From the NCBI GenBank assembly GCA_964586535.1, contig CAZPJJ010000002.1:1-49473 (forward strand): a stretch of DNA of 49,473 nucleotides. The letters are read 5' to 3'. The stretch comes from an uncultured Acidobacteriota bacterium. GTDB taxonomy: Bacteria; Acidobacteriota; Polarisedimenticolia; J045. Under the pieces are notes generated by a model. It worked only from the letters and a program-made list of their open reading frames with translations. It was not told where the DNA came from and searched no databases. Below are positions 1-8,537 of this stretch, piece after piece. Every line of letters begins with the position of its first letter. Position 1 is the stretch's first letter. The translations under genes were made by a program, and so were the position numbers.

Positions 1-426
1 CGCGAACCCGATCAGGTAACAACCGCCGTCGCGGGCCGGGCCGAGGACGAGCGTGCCACCGGCATCCAACGCATCGAACGCCGCCAGAAGATCGGCGGTG
101 GCGAGTCCCGGCGTGTCGGTGCCCACGACGACGACGTGGTCGTACCCCAGCGCCCTCACGTCGTGGACCGCGGCGGCGAGCCGCTCGCCAAAAGTGCGAC
201 CGCGCTGTCGCAGGCGGCGAGTACTGGATGGGAGAGCCACCGGTCCGACCTGGCCGACGACGATCAGTTCCGTGCGCGGGCAGCCCAGTCCAGCGCGGAG
301 CGTCTGCGCCTGCATGTGGACGAAGAGCCGGGTCAACTGCCCCATGCCGCGCAACTTCGCTTCGAGCGCTGGCGGGCGCGCGAAGACGACGACGGCGCGG
401 CGGGCATCTCGCTCGAACCTGACCAC
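1..426 (-). CDS. DUF2064/TIGR04282-like nucleotide-diphospho-sugar transferase-fold protein, partial (C-terminus runs off the left edge)
   Basis: My own translation of the minus strand, in the frame ending at nt 1, gives ...AVVVFARPPALEAKLRGMG...YDHVVVVGTDTPGL...LGPARDGGCYLIGFA. These motifs are typical of DUF2064 proteins. The gene is absent from the ORF track because it has no stop codon inside the window. The GTG start at 426 (alternative TTG at 438) is a guess. Confidence 0.5.
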   Translation of the reverse strand, partial: MVRFERDARRAVVVFARPPALEAKLRGMGQLTRLFVHMQAQTLRAGLGCPRTELIVVGQVGPVALPSSTRRLRQRGRTFGERLAAAVHDVRALGYDHVVVVGTDTPGLATADLLAAFDALDAGGTLVLGPARDGGCYLIGFA

Positions 427-486
427 CTCGGCCTCCAAAGGCGGTCAGCCTAACATACCGGGCAACCTCATTGACTGATTCCCCCC

Positions 487-586
487 GGACATCCCCGAAA
501 TTCGGGGACAGTCGACTTAGGGGGACAGTCGACTTAGGGGGACAGTCGACTTGGAGGGACAGGCACCCTAGGTCGAATGTCCCCCT
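487..586. repeat. REP/REPIN-like cluster 1: three tandem 17-nt units GGGGACAGTCGACTTAG (504-520, 521-537, 538-554), a partial unit, and one inverted unit (568-584). It is preceded by the palindrome CCCCGAAATTCGGGG.
   Basis: Read directly from the sequence. The same unit recurs at 28781-28816 and 48630-48710. All three sites are intergenic. Confidence 0.85.
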
Positions 587-604
587 ATCTCGACCGTTCT
601 CGGG

Positions 605-2161
605 TCACGGGTGGGTGTAGGTGGACTGCAGGCCGAGCGGGATGCCGAGGGCCCAGTAGCCGAGGAGGAAGAGCGTCCAGCCGACGATGAAGCAGACGGA
701 GTAAGGGAGCATGAGCGCGACGACCGTACCGATTCCCGTGTTCTTCACGTAACGCTTGCAGAAGACGACGACGAGCGGGAAGTAGGGCATCAGCGGCGTG
801 ATGATGTTCGTTGTCGAGTCGCCGACGCGGTATGCGGCCTGCGTGAGTTCGGGGGAGATTCCCAACTGCATGAGCATCGGAACGAAGATCGGACTGAGCA
901 GCGCCCACTTCGCCGACGCGGAACCGACGAGCAAGTTCACGGTGGCGGTGAGCAGGATGATGCCAGTGATCTTCACGCCAGATGGCAGGCCGAGTTCCGC
1001 GAGCGCGTTGGCCCCCTTCACCGCGAGCAGCACGCCGACGTTCGACTTGGAAAAGGCCGCGATGAAAAGTGCCGCGAAGAACGCCATCACCAGGTAGTAG
1101 CCCATCGTCCCCATCGCCGTACTCATGCCGGCGATCACGTCGCGATGCGTCTTGAAACTGCCGGCGGCATAGCCGTACACGACGCCCGGGACCAAGAAGA
1201 AGATCATGATCAGCGGGACGAGCGCCTGCATGAGGGGGGCCGTGAAGGCCGTGAGTTGGCCGTCCGGTGCGCGCAGCGCGGAATCGCCGGGAAGAGCCCA
1301 TAGGAAGAAAGCCAGCGCGGTCAACAATCCGGCAGCGAAGGCGAGCCAAAGCGCACGCTTCTCGCGTGGCGAGATCTCCTCGATGTGCGGCATGTCCGCT
1401 GGATCGCCATCGACGGGTGTTCCCCGCAAACGCGGCTCGATGACGCGATCGGTGAGGTACCAACCCATCAGCGTGATCGGAATGGACGAGAGTCCGGTGA
1501 AGAGCAGGTTCGAGAGTGGATTCACGAGCCGCGCGGGGTCGACGATCTGCGCCGCCTGCTGCGTGAAGCCCTGCAGGAGCGGGTCGATGCCCGAGGGCAG
1601 GAAGTTCGCCGCGAAACCGCCCGAAACTCCCGCGAACGCCGCCGCGATTCCGGCGAGCGGATGCCTTCCCGCAGCGTAGTAGATGGCGCCCGCCAGCGGA
1701 ATCACGAGCACGTACCCGGCATCCGCGGCAGTGTGCGAGACGATGGCGATCATGATCACCATCGGCGTGAGGAGGCGTCGGGGCGTCCACGCAATCAACT
1801 GCTTGAGCCCCGCATTGACGAGTCCCGCCTTCTCGGCGACACCGACCCCGAGCAGCGCGACGAGCACTACTCCCAGCGGGTGGAAGCTCGTGAACGTGCG
1901 CACCATCTCGGCCAGGAATTGCGCCAGCGACTCGCCCGAGAGCTGGTCGATCACGCGGATCGGTTCCCCTGTGGAAGGATGCCGCTCGCTGAAGGCGACG
2001 GGCGCCAAGAGAGCCGACGCGATCCAGGTCAGGCCAAGCATGACGACGAAGAGCACGGCCGGATCGGGGAGCTTGTTGCCAACGCGCTCGATCGCGTCGA
2101 GGGCACGCGTGAGGACCGCCGACCCCTTCTTCTTCTCCGCGATCTCTCTCGAATCTGACAT
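605..2161 (-). CDS. AbgT-family transporter (p-aminobenzoyl-glutamate / antimetabolite efflux family)
   Basis: The 518-aa ORF has the N-terminus LDAIERVGNKLPDPAVLFVVM..., characteristic of AbgT/MtrF proteins. It is polytopic and hydrophobic throughout. The overlapping 554-aa ORF at 585-2249 lies in another frame and is Arg-rich junk. Confidence 0.9.
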   Translation of the reverse strand: MSDSREIAEKKKGSAVLTRALDAIERVGNKLPDPAVLFVVMLGLTWIASALLAPVAFSERHPSTGEPIRVIDQLSGESLAQFLAEMVRTFTSFHPLGVVLVALLGVGVAEKAGLVNAGLKQLIAWTPRRLLTPMVIMIAIVSHTAADAGYVLVIPLAGAIYYAAGRHPLAGIAAAFAGVSGGFAANFLPSGIDPLLQGFTQQAAQIVDPARLVNPLSNLLFTGLSSIPITLMGWYLTDRVIEPRLRGTPVDGDPADMPHIEEISPREKRALWLAFAAGLLTALAFFLWALPGDSALRAPDGQLTAFTAPLMQALVPLIMIFFLVPGVVYGYAAGSFKTHRDVIAGMSTAMGTMGYYLVMAFFAALFIAAFSKSNVGVLLAVKGANALAELGLPSGVKITGIILLTATVNLLVGSASAKWALLSPIFVPMLMQLGISPELTQAAYRVGDSTTNIITPLMPYFPLVVVFCKRYVKNTGIGTVVALMLPYSVCFIVGWTLFLLGYWALGIPLGLQSTYTHP

Positions 2162-2246
2162 AGAGCTTACCTTTGTTAGGCCTGAGTAATTCGGGGAATC
2201 CTAACCTCTGGCCGTCCGGCCGCCACATCCTCCGGTCGCCGAGACA

Positions 2247-2282
2247 CAAAAAAAGAGCGGCGGGACCGCGTCCCGCCGCCCG
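2247..2282 (-). terminator. Rho-independent terminator downstream of the lipoprotein gene
   Basis: The minus strand reads GCGGCGGGAC-GCG-GTCCCGCCGC followed by TCTTTTTTT (plus-strand A-run at 2248-2254). It lies about 20 nt after the stop at 2302. Confidence 0.75.
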
Positions 2283-2301
2283 TTTCGGTGATCCCGGACG
2301 T

Positions 2302-2718
2302 TCAGCCCGTGATCTTCTGCTTCATCTCGTCGATTTCGCGGACGAGCGCGTCGTACTTCTCTTTGAGCGCCTTGCCCTCGTCCGAGAGCATCTCCTGAGC
2401 GGACATGCCTTCGACCTTCTGCTTCAACTCCGCCAGCTGGGACTCCTTCTCGGCGAGAAGGGCCTTCGCGTCCTCGATCGTCTCGGCAACGGCGTCACCG
2501 GCCTGCTCGACCGCATCGCCCACGGTCTCCCCGGCCGCCTCGGCCGCTTCGCCGACGGCCTCTCCCGCCTCTTCGGCCATCTCGCCGGCCTTCTCGCTCG
2601 CGTTCTCGATGGCCTCGCCGACCGTCTCGCCCGCTTTATCGGCGCCCCCGCAACCGGCGAGGGCAACGATCGCGAGCATCGCCATGAAGATCAGGGACAA
2701 TCTGGTTTTTCTCGACAT
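2302..2718 (-). CDS. Small lipoprotein with an acidic Ala/Glu/Gly-rich repeat and a coiled-coil tail
   Basis: The internal Met start (MSRKTRLSLIFMAMLAIVALAGC...) has the lipobox LAGC and the SD GGAGAGGAGAAACC 5 nt upstream. The motif AGE(A/T)VG(E/D)A is repeated. The 44-codon upstream extension in the ORF track is not needed. Confidence 0.75.
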   Translation of the reverse strand: MSRKTRLSLIFMAMLAIVALAGCGGADKAGETVGEAIENASEKAGEMAEEAGEAVGEAAEAAGETVGDAVEQAGDAVAETIEDAKALLAEKESQLAELKQKVEGMSAQEMLSDEGKALKEKYDALVREIDEMKQKITG

Positions 2719-2931
2719 CAGGTTTCTCCTCTCGTCTCCAAGTTGGATCGGGACCGGGCGTCCCAAGCTAGCTAGGAAAGCACAGTTCGCCCTCTGACGC
2801 AGCCGTTCGCCGATATCTCTTTTCTTCGCCCGGGGGACGGGGGCCTGCACGCCATCGGGTGTTCCCCGGTGATCTGGTCAACCAGGCGCCGGGATCGTCG
2901 TCTTGTCGCCAGGGGCCCCTGAGGGCGCGAG

Positions 2932-4341
2932 GTGACCATGGCCGGTGACAGTCCGCTCTTCGAAGCACTCGCGCGGCCGGCCATCCGGTCCCGGACACTC
3001 GCCGGCGGCACCGCTTTTCTCGCCCTCGCGGCGTGTCTCCTCTCGCCCGCCCAAGCGTCCGCGGACGACGTTGTCTGCGGCGGCCCGGCCGACCCCGAGG
3101 CACTCGTCGAGACGCTCGTATTCCCGGCCGACACCGATCCCGCGATCGACGATTGGCTCCAGCCCCATGTCGCCATGCTCGACACCAGCGTCGAAAGGCG
3201 CGATCTCCTTTTCGTCTTCATGCCCGGGTCGTTCGGCAAGCCAGAGAACACCCGGCTCGTGATCGAGAACGCTGCCCGTCAGGGCTACTTCGCGCTCGGT
3301 CTGCGCTACCCAAACTCATGGACCGTGAATACCCTCTGCGGCGCGACCGGCAGCCTCGCTTGCTTCGAGGACGTGCGCCTCGAGATCATCGACGGCGTCG
3401 ATCGCACTCCCCTGATCTCGATCTCGCGGGCCAACTCCATCGAGAACCGGCTCGCCAAAGCCCTCGCTTGGCTCGCGGAGGCGCAGCCCGAGGAAGGCTG
3501 GGCGCGCTTCCTCGAGGGTGGAGAGCCCCGTTGGGACCGCATCATCGTCGCTGGCCACTCGCAGGGCGGCGGCCACGCCCCCGTCATCGCCAAGCACCGC
3601 GAAGTCGCGCGCGTAAACATGTTCTCCGCGCCCAATGACTTCATCGGAAACCGGCTCGCCGACTGGCTCGACGACGCCCACGTCACGCCGGCCGAGCGCT
3701 ACTTCGGCTTCTCGCACGCCCGCGAGAGCGGTCACACGAATCACCTCGCGTCGTGGGACGTGCTCGGACTCGGCGCGTTCGGCGCCGCCATCCGCGGCGA
3801 CGACGCGGCCGATGATTTCCTCGGCTCGCACGAGATCTACACCGAGATCGAGCCCGCCATCGCCGGCAAAGAGCACGGCTCGACCGCCTCGGACAGCGCC
3901 GTGCCTCTCGATGAGAGCGGCGAACCGCGTCACGCTCGCTCGTGGACCTACCTGCTCGTCGCCCCTCTCGCCGACGACGACGCCGACGGTCGCGCGAACG
4001 GTGTCGACTGCGCTCCCCTCGACGCCGGCGCGTGGTCTCGTCCTTCGGCAGCACGCTCGCTCGCCGTGTCGAAGCACTCGGACACGAATCTCACCTGGTT
4101 CGCCCCGATCGAGCCGGGGGCACCCGCAGTGGTCTATGACGTTCTGCGCTCGGAGATGCCCGCGTCGTTCGACGACGCCACCTGCGTGGCCTGGTCGCTC
4201 GACGAGACATCCGCCTTCGACGGCGCGACACCCGCCCCAGGCCACGTATTCGTTTATGTCATCCGAGCGCGCAACGTGTTCGGTACCAACGAGGGCGAGG
4301 CGAGCGACGGTACGAGACGACGCGGGCCGTCGTGTCTTTGA
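2932..4341 (+). CDS. Exported alpha/beta-fold serine hydrolase with a C-terminal FN3-like module
   Basis: A signal-like N-terminus (AFLALAACLLSPAQASA) and a nucleophile elbow IIVAGHSQGGG are present. The last roughly 110 aa show an FN3-type pattern (NLTWFAPIEPG..VVYDVLR...VFVYVIRARN). The start could instead be the ATG at 2938. Confidence 0.7.
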   Translation: MTMAGDSPLFEALARPAIRSRTLAGGTAFLALAACLLSPAQASADDVVCGGPADPEALVETLVFPADTDPAIDDWLQPHVAMLDTSVERRDLLFVFMPGSFGKPENTRLVIENAARQGYFALGLRYPNSWTVNTLCGATGSLACFEDVRLEIIDGVDRTPLISISRANSIENRLAKALAWLAEAQPEEGWARFLEGGEPRWDRIIVAGHSQGGGHAPVIAKHREVARVNMFSAPNDFIGNRLADWLDDAHVTPAERYFGFSHARESGHTNHLASWDVLGLGAFGAAIRGDDAADDFLGSHEIYTEIEPAIAGKEHGSTASDSAVPLDESGEPRHARSWTYLLVAPLADDDADGRANGVDCAPLDAGAWSRPSAARSLAVSKHSDTNLTWFAPIEPGAPAVVYDVLRSEMPASFDDATCVAWSLDETSAFDGATPAPGHVFVYVIRARNVFGTNEGEASDGTRRRGPSCL

Positions 4342-4401
4342 GCAGCCGGTCCTTGCCACGGTTTGCACATCGCGGCCCACCCGATCCCTGACGACGAGCC
4401 C

Positions 4402-5619
4402 TCAGGGAACCAAGACCTCCGCCTCCAGGATCACCTCGAGAGTCCGCTCTCCGCGCTCGACCGTCAGCCGGAGCGGATTCCGATCGCTCTCCCCGTCCGA
4501 CCAGCATCCCCGAGCCGCGGGCGACTTGCCGTCGATGGCAGCGATGACATCCCCTTCGACGAGGCCCGCTCGCTGGGCCGGAGTGTCCGGAAAGACGCGC
4601 AGCACTTCGAGGACGCCCTTCCGGGGGAGAACCGCGATTCCCGTGCCGCGTCGCGACTCCATGACGATCGCTTCTGGTGCCCCCAGCGCTTCGATGCGCA
4701 TGCGACGATTGCGGCGGTCGAAGGTCCACACAAAATGGCGCAGCAGATCGTGACCCGCGAGGCGCGTGGACTCCGCGACCACCTCCAACACGGGACGATC
4801 GATCTCGCGCGGACCGAAGCGCAGCCTGTCCCGCGCCCGTCCCGCTTCGTCGATCTCGACGCTGCGATAACGCACCGAGGCCCCGACCGGGCGCGGCGGC
4901 GACTCCCACGCGGTGATGTCCTCTCGGCGAAGCGTCAATCCCGACGTCGAGCCCGAGTCGATGAGGACCCGCACGGTTCCCTTCGCGGTGACGACCCCCA
5001 GGTGCGGGCGATGCTTGGTGCCGAGGTCGCGAAACACCCCGCGGCCGTCCGGCTCCGGGAGCCGGCCCTCGCCGACGCGCACGACGCCCCTCGGGTAGTC
5101 CAGCGTGAGCAACACGTCCTCGAAGGTCGACATGCCGAGGATGCCATCCATAGGGCCTCCCAGGGCGAGCGCGAGATGGTCCATCTCGTGAACCCACGCG
5201 CGGAGGCTCCGCACGCGAAGCGGCCCAACCCGCGCATCGCGCATCCTGACCGCCTTTCCGGGGGCGACACGCCGCACTCCCAGACGAGCGAGTGCATCCG
5301 GGTCGACGCTCGCGTGCTCCGCGCCCGTGTCGAGCACCATGCGAAGGACCCCGCGATTCGCAACCTCGACGGGAACGATCCACAGTCCGTTGCAGCGCTC
5401 GCTCGGAATGACATGCGATAACGACGACTCGGCGTTCGCCGCGAAGAGCGGAGCCGCGAAGAGAAGAGCGGCGAATCCGGCGGCGACGAGAGCGGCGCGC
5501 CCGAGGCAGCGCAGTCCCGGGAGCGCCAACGTCAGGAGGCTTCGAGCGGAGTCCACGGCGTCGCGCTCCGGGTGGCCCGTCGTACGCCGCGATCGGAAAT
5601 CGCCGCGGCGGCCGAGCAC
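4402..5619 (-). CDS. Retropepsin-like bilobal aspartic protease with a C-terminal PDZ domain, exported
   Basis: There are two Asp-protease signatures, LRMVLDTGAEHASVD and VLIDSGSTSGLTL. The C-terminal PDZ-like segment reads LEVLRVFPDTPAQRAGLVEGDVIAAIDGKS. The N-terminus has a hydrophobic signal/anchor. Confidence 0.8.
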   Translation of the reverse strand: MLGRRGDFRSRRTTGHPERDAVDSARSLLTLALPGLRCLGRAALVAAGFAALLFAAPLFAANAESSLSHVIPSERCNGLWIVPVEVANRGVLRMVLDTGAEHASVDPDALARLGVRRVAPGKAVRMRDARVGPLRVRSLRAWVHEMDHLALALGGPMDGILGMSTFEDVLLTLDYPRGVVRVGEGRLPEPDGRGVFRDLGTKHRPHLGVVTAKGTVRVLIDSGSTSGLTLRREDITAWESPPRPVGASVRYRSVEIDEAGRARDRLRFGPREIDRPVLEVVAESTRLAGHDLLRHFVWTFDRRNRRMRIEALGAPEAIVMESRRGTGIAVLPRKGVLEVLRVFPDTPAQRAGLVEGDVIAAIDGKSPAARGCWSDGESDRNPLRLTVERGERTLEVILEAEVLVP

Positions 5620-5839
5620 CCGCCGAGTCTACGGGCTTCTCGTCGCACCCAATGACGAGATTGCCTCGCCGCTCCGAGCGGACGAGAGCGGAGACACGAG
5701 CGGTCCGCGAGATCGGCGCCATCCGTCCATCGACCGCGCTCCCGAGTCGCGTCGCGTGTTGCTATGGCGTGACGCGCGCGCTAGCATCCCCGCTTGCTCG
5801 TGCCGGGCCCACGCGTCCGGTACGGTCGCGAGAAGGTGA

Positions 5840-5915
5840 GCGGGCGTAGCTCAGTTGGTAGAGCATCAGCTTCCCAAGCTGAGGGTCGGGGGTTCGAGAC
5901 CCCTCGCCCGCTCCA
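5840..5915 (+). tRNA. tRNA-Gly (anticodon CCC), with encoded CCA
   Basis: I folded a 76-nt cloverleaf by hand. The acceptor stem is GCGGGCG/CGCCCGC, the D arm is GCTC-AGTTGGTA-GAGC, the anticodon arm is TCAGC-TTCCCAA-GCTGA, the T loop is TTCGAGA, and the 3-prime end is TCCA. Confidence 0.92.
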
Positions 5916-5954
5916 CAGTCCTCGACCGTCCCCACCCTGTCGATCATGCGTCTC

Positions 5955-6830
5955 TCACGGACACACCTCGTTGACCGCGTCGGGTGTGCCGCGGTCCCCA
6001 CATGTCATCACCGTCGTCGCGGGGCACCAGCGTGACCAGTCGTCGTTGGCGGTGGCGTCGAGTGCGGATGGGGAGACGCCCGATGCGCTGCCCGGCTGGT
6101 CAGCACCGTAGACGACTTCGTCGATGACGGTGCCGCAGTGCAGAAGCGCGATCGTGTCTCCGGAGTTGTTGAGCGTGACGCTTGCGTAGTCGTAGAGCGC
6201 GCCGATACCGCACGCCACGATCTCGGCGGCGTCGATCGCGAGCACGGCGTGAGCACCGGGCGCGACGACGAGAGGTGCGGGACCGTCGATGAGATGCGAG
6301 GACGACGCGTCGCGGAGTGTCCAGCCGCGCAGGTCGATGGGGCGCGAACTCGCGTTGTAGACCTCGATCCACTCGCCGCGGGTATCGGTGAGCGCGACGG
6401 GGTCGATCATGAGTTCGCTGATGACGATGTCCCCTGCCGCAGCGCAGGAGAGCGATGAGACGAGGTACGCGTGGAGCGGCGCTTCGGGCGGCGTGTCGAT
6501 CCACGTGCGGTCGTTGGTCTCGCCGAGCCGATTGGATGCGTCGCCGACGACACGCGGATCGGCAGCGCGATGGACGGCGAAGGGAGGCTCGCTGCCCGTC
6601 CAAGCGAGGGTGAGATCGGCGGAGCCAGGGCCTTTTGTCAGCGTCAGCACGAGGGGCGCGGGGTCGTCCGTCGGCGAGAGCGAGGAGTCGGAGTCGGCTT
6701 GGGCGGAGGGAGAGCACGCGGAGAGAGTCGCGAGCGCGACGAGTGCGAGGATGGACAGTCGCGGAAGCGTAGCGGGACGTGAGGGGGCCGCGGCCATGGT
6801 AGGGGTGATCGAGAGGGGTGTCGTGGGCAC
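5955..6830 (-). CDS. Lipoprotein with an N-terminal FN3-like segment and a lamin-tail domain (LTD)
   Basis: The LTD pattern is DIVISELMIDPV...GEWIEVYNASSRPIDLRGWTL...VTLNNSGDTIALL. The lipobox is LATLSAC. A GTG start at 6830 sits 6 nt after AAGGAG, with an ATG at 6797 as the alternative. The longer 353-aa track ORF has an Arg/Pro-rich extension that is unlikely to be real. Confidence 0.75.
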   Translation of the reverse strand: MPTTPLSITPTMAAAPSRPATLPRLSILALVALATLSACSPSAQADSDSSLSPTDDPAPLVLTLTKGPGSADLTLAWTGSEPPFAVHRAADPRVVGDASNRLGETNDRTWIDTPPEAPLHAYLVSSLSCAAAGDIVISELMIDPVALTDTRGEWIEVYNASSRPIDLRGWTLRDASSSHLIDGPAPLVVAPGAHAVLAIDAAEIVACGIGALYDYASVTLNNSGDTIALLHCGTVIDEVVYGADQPGSASGVSPSALDATANDDWSRWCPATTVMTCGDRGTPDAVNEVCP

Positions 6831-6988
6831 GGGTATCTCCTTTGCGGGGCGCGCGTGAATCGGGCGCTCGCGTGAGGCTACGAACGGAAGTCGGAGGCGG
6901 CGGGTGAGGTGGGCGCGGGGCGTACCGGCCGCGGGATGGGAGCGCGCGGGTCGGCGCCCGCGGCGGGATCTCGCGTTGCGGAGATGAG

Positions 6989-7807
6989 TCAGCGGTGGCG
7001 GCGGTACTCGCGCCACGACGCGCTCTCGCGCAGGTCGCCCTCGTCGAGGAGCGAGAAGCGGGGATCTCCCGCGACGCGATCGACGAGCGGGAGCGCGGGT
7101 ATCACTGCCTGGCCGGCACGGTAGACGGTGGCGCGGTGAACCGCCGCGCGTCCGGCGAGCGTGCGAACGGGCTCGCCACCGTGCTGTCGCGCTGCGCGCA
7201 GGAGCAGCGAGCGCGCTCGGCCGCGCCGCGTGATCTCGGCAACCGTAACGCGCGCGAGGGCGCTGACGGCGGCGCGGAGAGCATCCCAGGATCGCGGATG
7301 CGGCGGAGCAGCGGGTGCGGCGCCGGGGAGAGCGGTGCCTTCAGGTGCGACGGAAGGGTCGGCCGAAACCCACGCATGGAAGCGGGCGGGATCGCGCGCG
7401 GCGGCTACCGGGGACTCGATCGCGAGGCCGCAGAGATCGCGGTGCGTCGAGAGCGGCCAGGCGAGGGGATCGTCGACGAGGCCCTTGCGCACGGGATTGA
7501 GATGGACGTAGCGCATGCTGCGCCTGACGTGCTCCTCGCCACGAACGGGCGTGGCCTCGATCCCCTCGCTCCAGACGGATCCCCGCTCGCCGCGCCTCGC
7601 GTTTCGTGCCTGCGCGTAGGCGACGAGGGCACGTACGAGACGCGCGCGCGCGGCCTCGTCGGGAACGAGCGCGTGCACGTGGTCTGGCATGAGCGCGAGC
7701 GCACGCAGCGGGACGCGGCCGATGATCGTTCGCCACGCGAGGAGTCCCTCGGCCCATGTCCGAAAGACGAGCGTGCGCGGTCGAGCGTGAGCGACGACGT
7801 GGAGCAT
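6989..7807 (-). CDS. REP-associated tyrosine transposase (RAYT)-like HUH/Y1 protein (IS200-like Y1_Tnp fold) with an extra C-terminal helix-turn-helix-like region
   Basis: The HUH motif is LMPDHVHALV and the catalytic Tyr motif is MRYVHLNPVRKGLVDDPLAWPLSTH. The N-terminus MLHVVAHARPRTLVF matches the YHV..RG strand of this family. The Met start at 7807 was chosen because the upstream 124 codons are low-complexity. Confidence 0.75.
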   Translation of the reverse strand: MLHVVAHARPRTLVFRTWAEGLLAWRTIIGRVPLRALALMPDHVHALVPDEAARARLVRALVAYAQARNARRGERGSVWSEGIEATPVRGEEHVRRSMRYVHLNPVRKGLVDDPLAWPLSTHRDLCGLAIESPVAAARDPARFHAWVSADPSVAPEGTALPGAAPAAPPHPRSWDALRAAVSALARVTVAEITRRGRARSLLLRAARQHGGEPVRTLAGRAAVHRATVYRAGQAVIPALPLVDRVAGDPRFSLLDEGDLRESASWREYRRHR

Positions 7808-8176
7808 GAGCGGAGCGTAGCGAGGACTGCTTCCGCGGCGGGGCGTGCCGCAGATGCGTCCTCCACTCTGTGGGATGCCGATCGTCGAACCGTCGTCGCG
7901 AGTCCGTTGCCGCGTCTGACGGCGCGAGCAGCAGAGACCGCTTTGCGTGGGGAGCGGGGCCAGGGCGAGTGGGAGGAGTTGACAGTGTGAACGCCGGAAA
8001 GAGTGCGCGGGGAACGAGGGTGCTGGGGTCACGAGGGTGGGGAGGACCGCGATGGTGCGGGGGCAGTCAATAGCCCGACACACGCCAAGAGTGCGGGCGA
8101 CCCAGCAGCATGGGCGAATGCAGTTGCGCAGCACACTGGTTGCGATCGCGCTGATCTGGCGGCGGCAGGCGCGTCC

Positions 8177-8382
8177 CAACGCGACAAAGCGGGGAGCAGG
8201 TCGGCCTCAACGCGACACCGTGTCGCATTCAACTGCACCTGCGGACCGCAGATGCGGTCGAACGCTACAGATCCAGCCCCGTCGCGAGTTCCCGGACTGG
8301 AAATGTCGCGTTGAGTCCAGCCTGCTCGACGCCGAGTCGCAATCGCGAGGACCTGCTACCAGCGGAGGAGCTTCAACGCGAC
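8177..8382. repeat. Four copies of the 9-mer CAACGCGAC (8177, 8208 and 8374 direct; 8305-8313 inverted), including a perfect hairpin GCGACAC-C-GTGTCGC (8212-8226) flanked by TCAAC on both sides
   Basis: Read directly from the sequence. The copies lie in a roughly 1 kb stretch with no convincing coding frame and locally lower GC. Confidence 0.6.
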
Positions 8383-8400
8383 CGCGTCGGTGACGCTGCG

Positions 8401-8537
8401 CGGAAGATTGTGGTTTGCTGATCGGAAGATTGTGGTCGGTGGACCGCTAAGCCGCCGTGCGCGCTGCGCAGGGGCACCGGTAAGCCGCCGTGCGAGCTGC
8501 GCGGGTGGATCGACAAACCGACGGGCGCGCTGCGCTC
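8401..8537. repeat. Short tandem repeats: 2 x CGGAAGATTGTGGT (22-bp period), then 3 x a roughly 33-bp unit (TAAGCCGCCGTGCG-GCTGCGC)
   Basis: The 14-mer occurs at 8401-8414 and 8423-8436. The 23-nt cores at 8448-8470 and 8481-8503 are near identical, and a degenerate third copy lies at 8515-8537. Confidence 0.7.

Noticed and set aside
504-584. The 17-nt repeat clusters as possible mini-CRISPR arrays
   Set aside because: The units abut directly with a 17-nt period and no spacers. Some units are inverted, the unit length is below CRISPR repeat sizes, and there are no cas genes in the window.
585-2249. 554-aa ORF overlapping the AbgT gene on the same strand in another frame, plus several plus-strand ORFs (611-1303, 1385-2158)
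   Set aside because: The translations are Arg/Gly/Pro/His-rich and low-complexity, as expected for off-frame reading of 70% GC DNA. The AbgT frame gives a coherent polytopic transporter.
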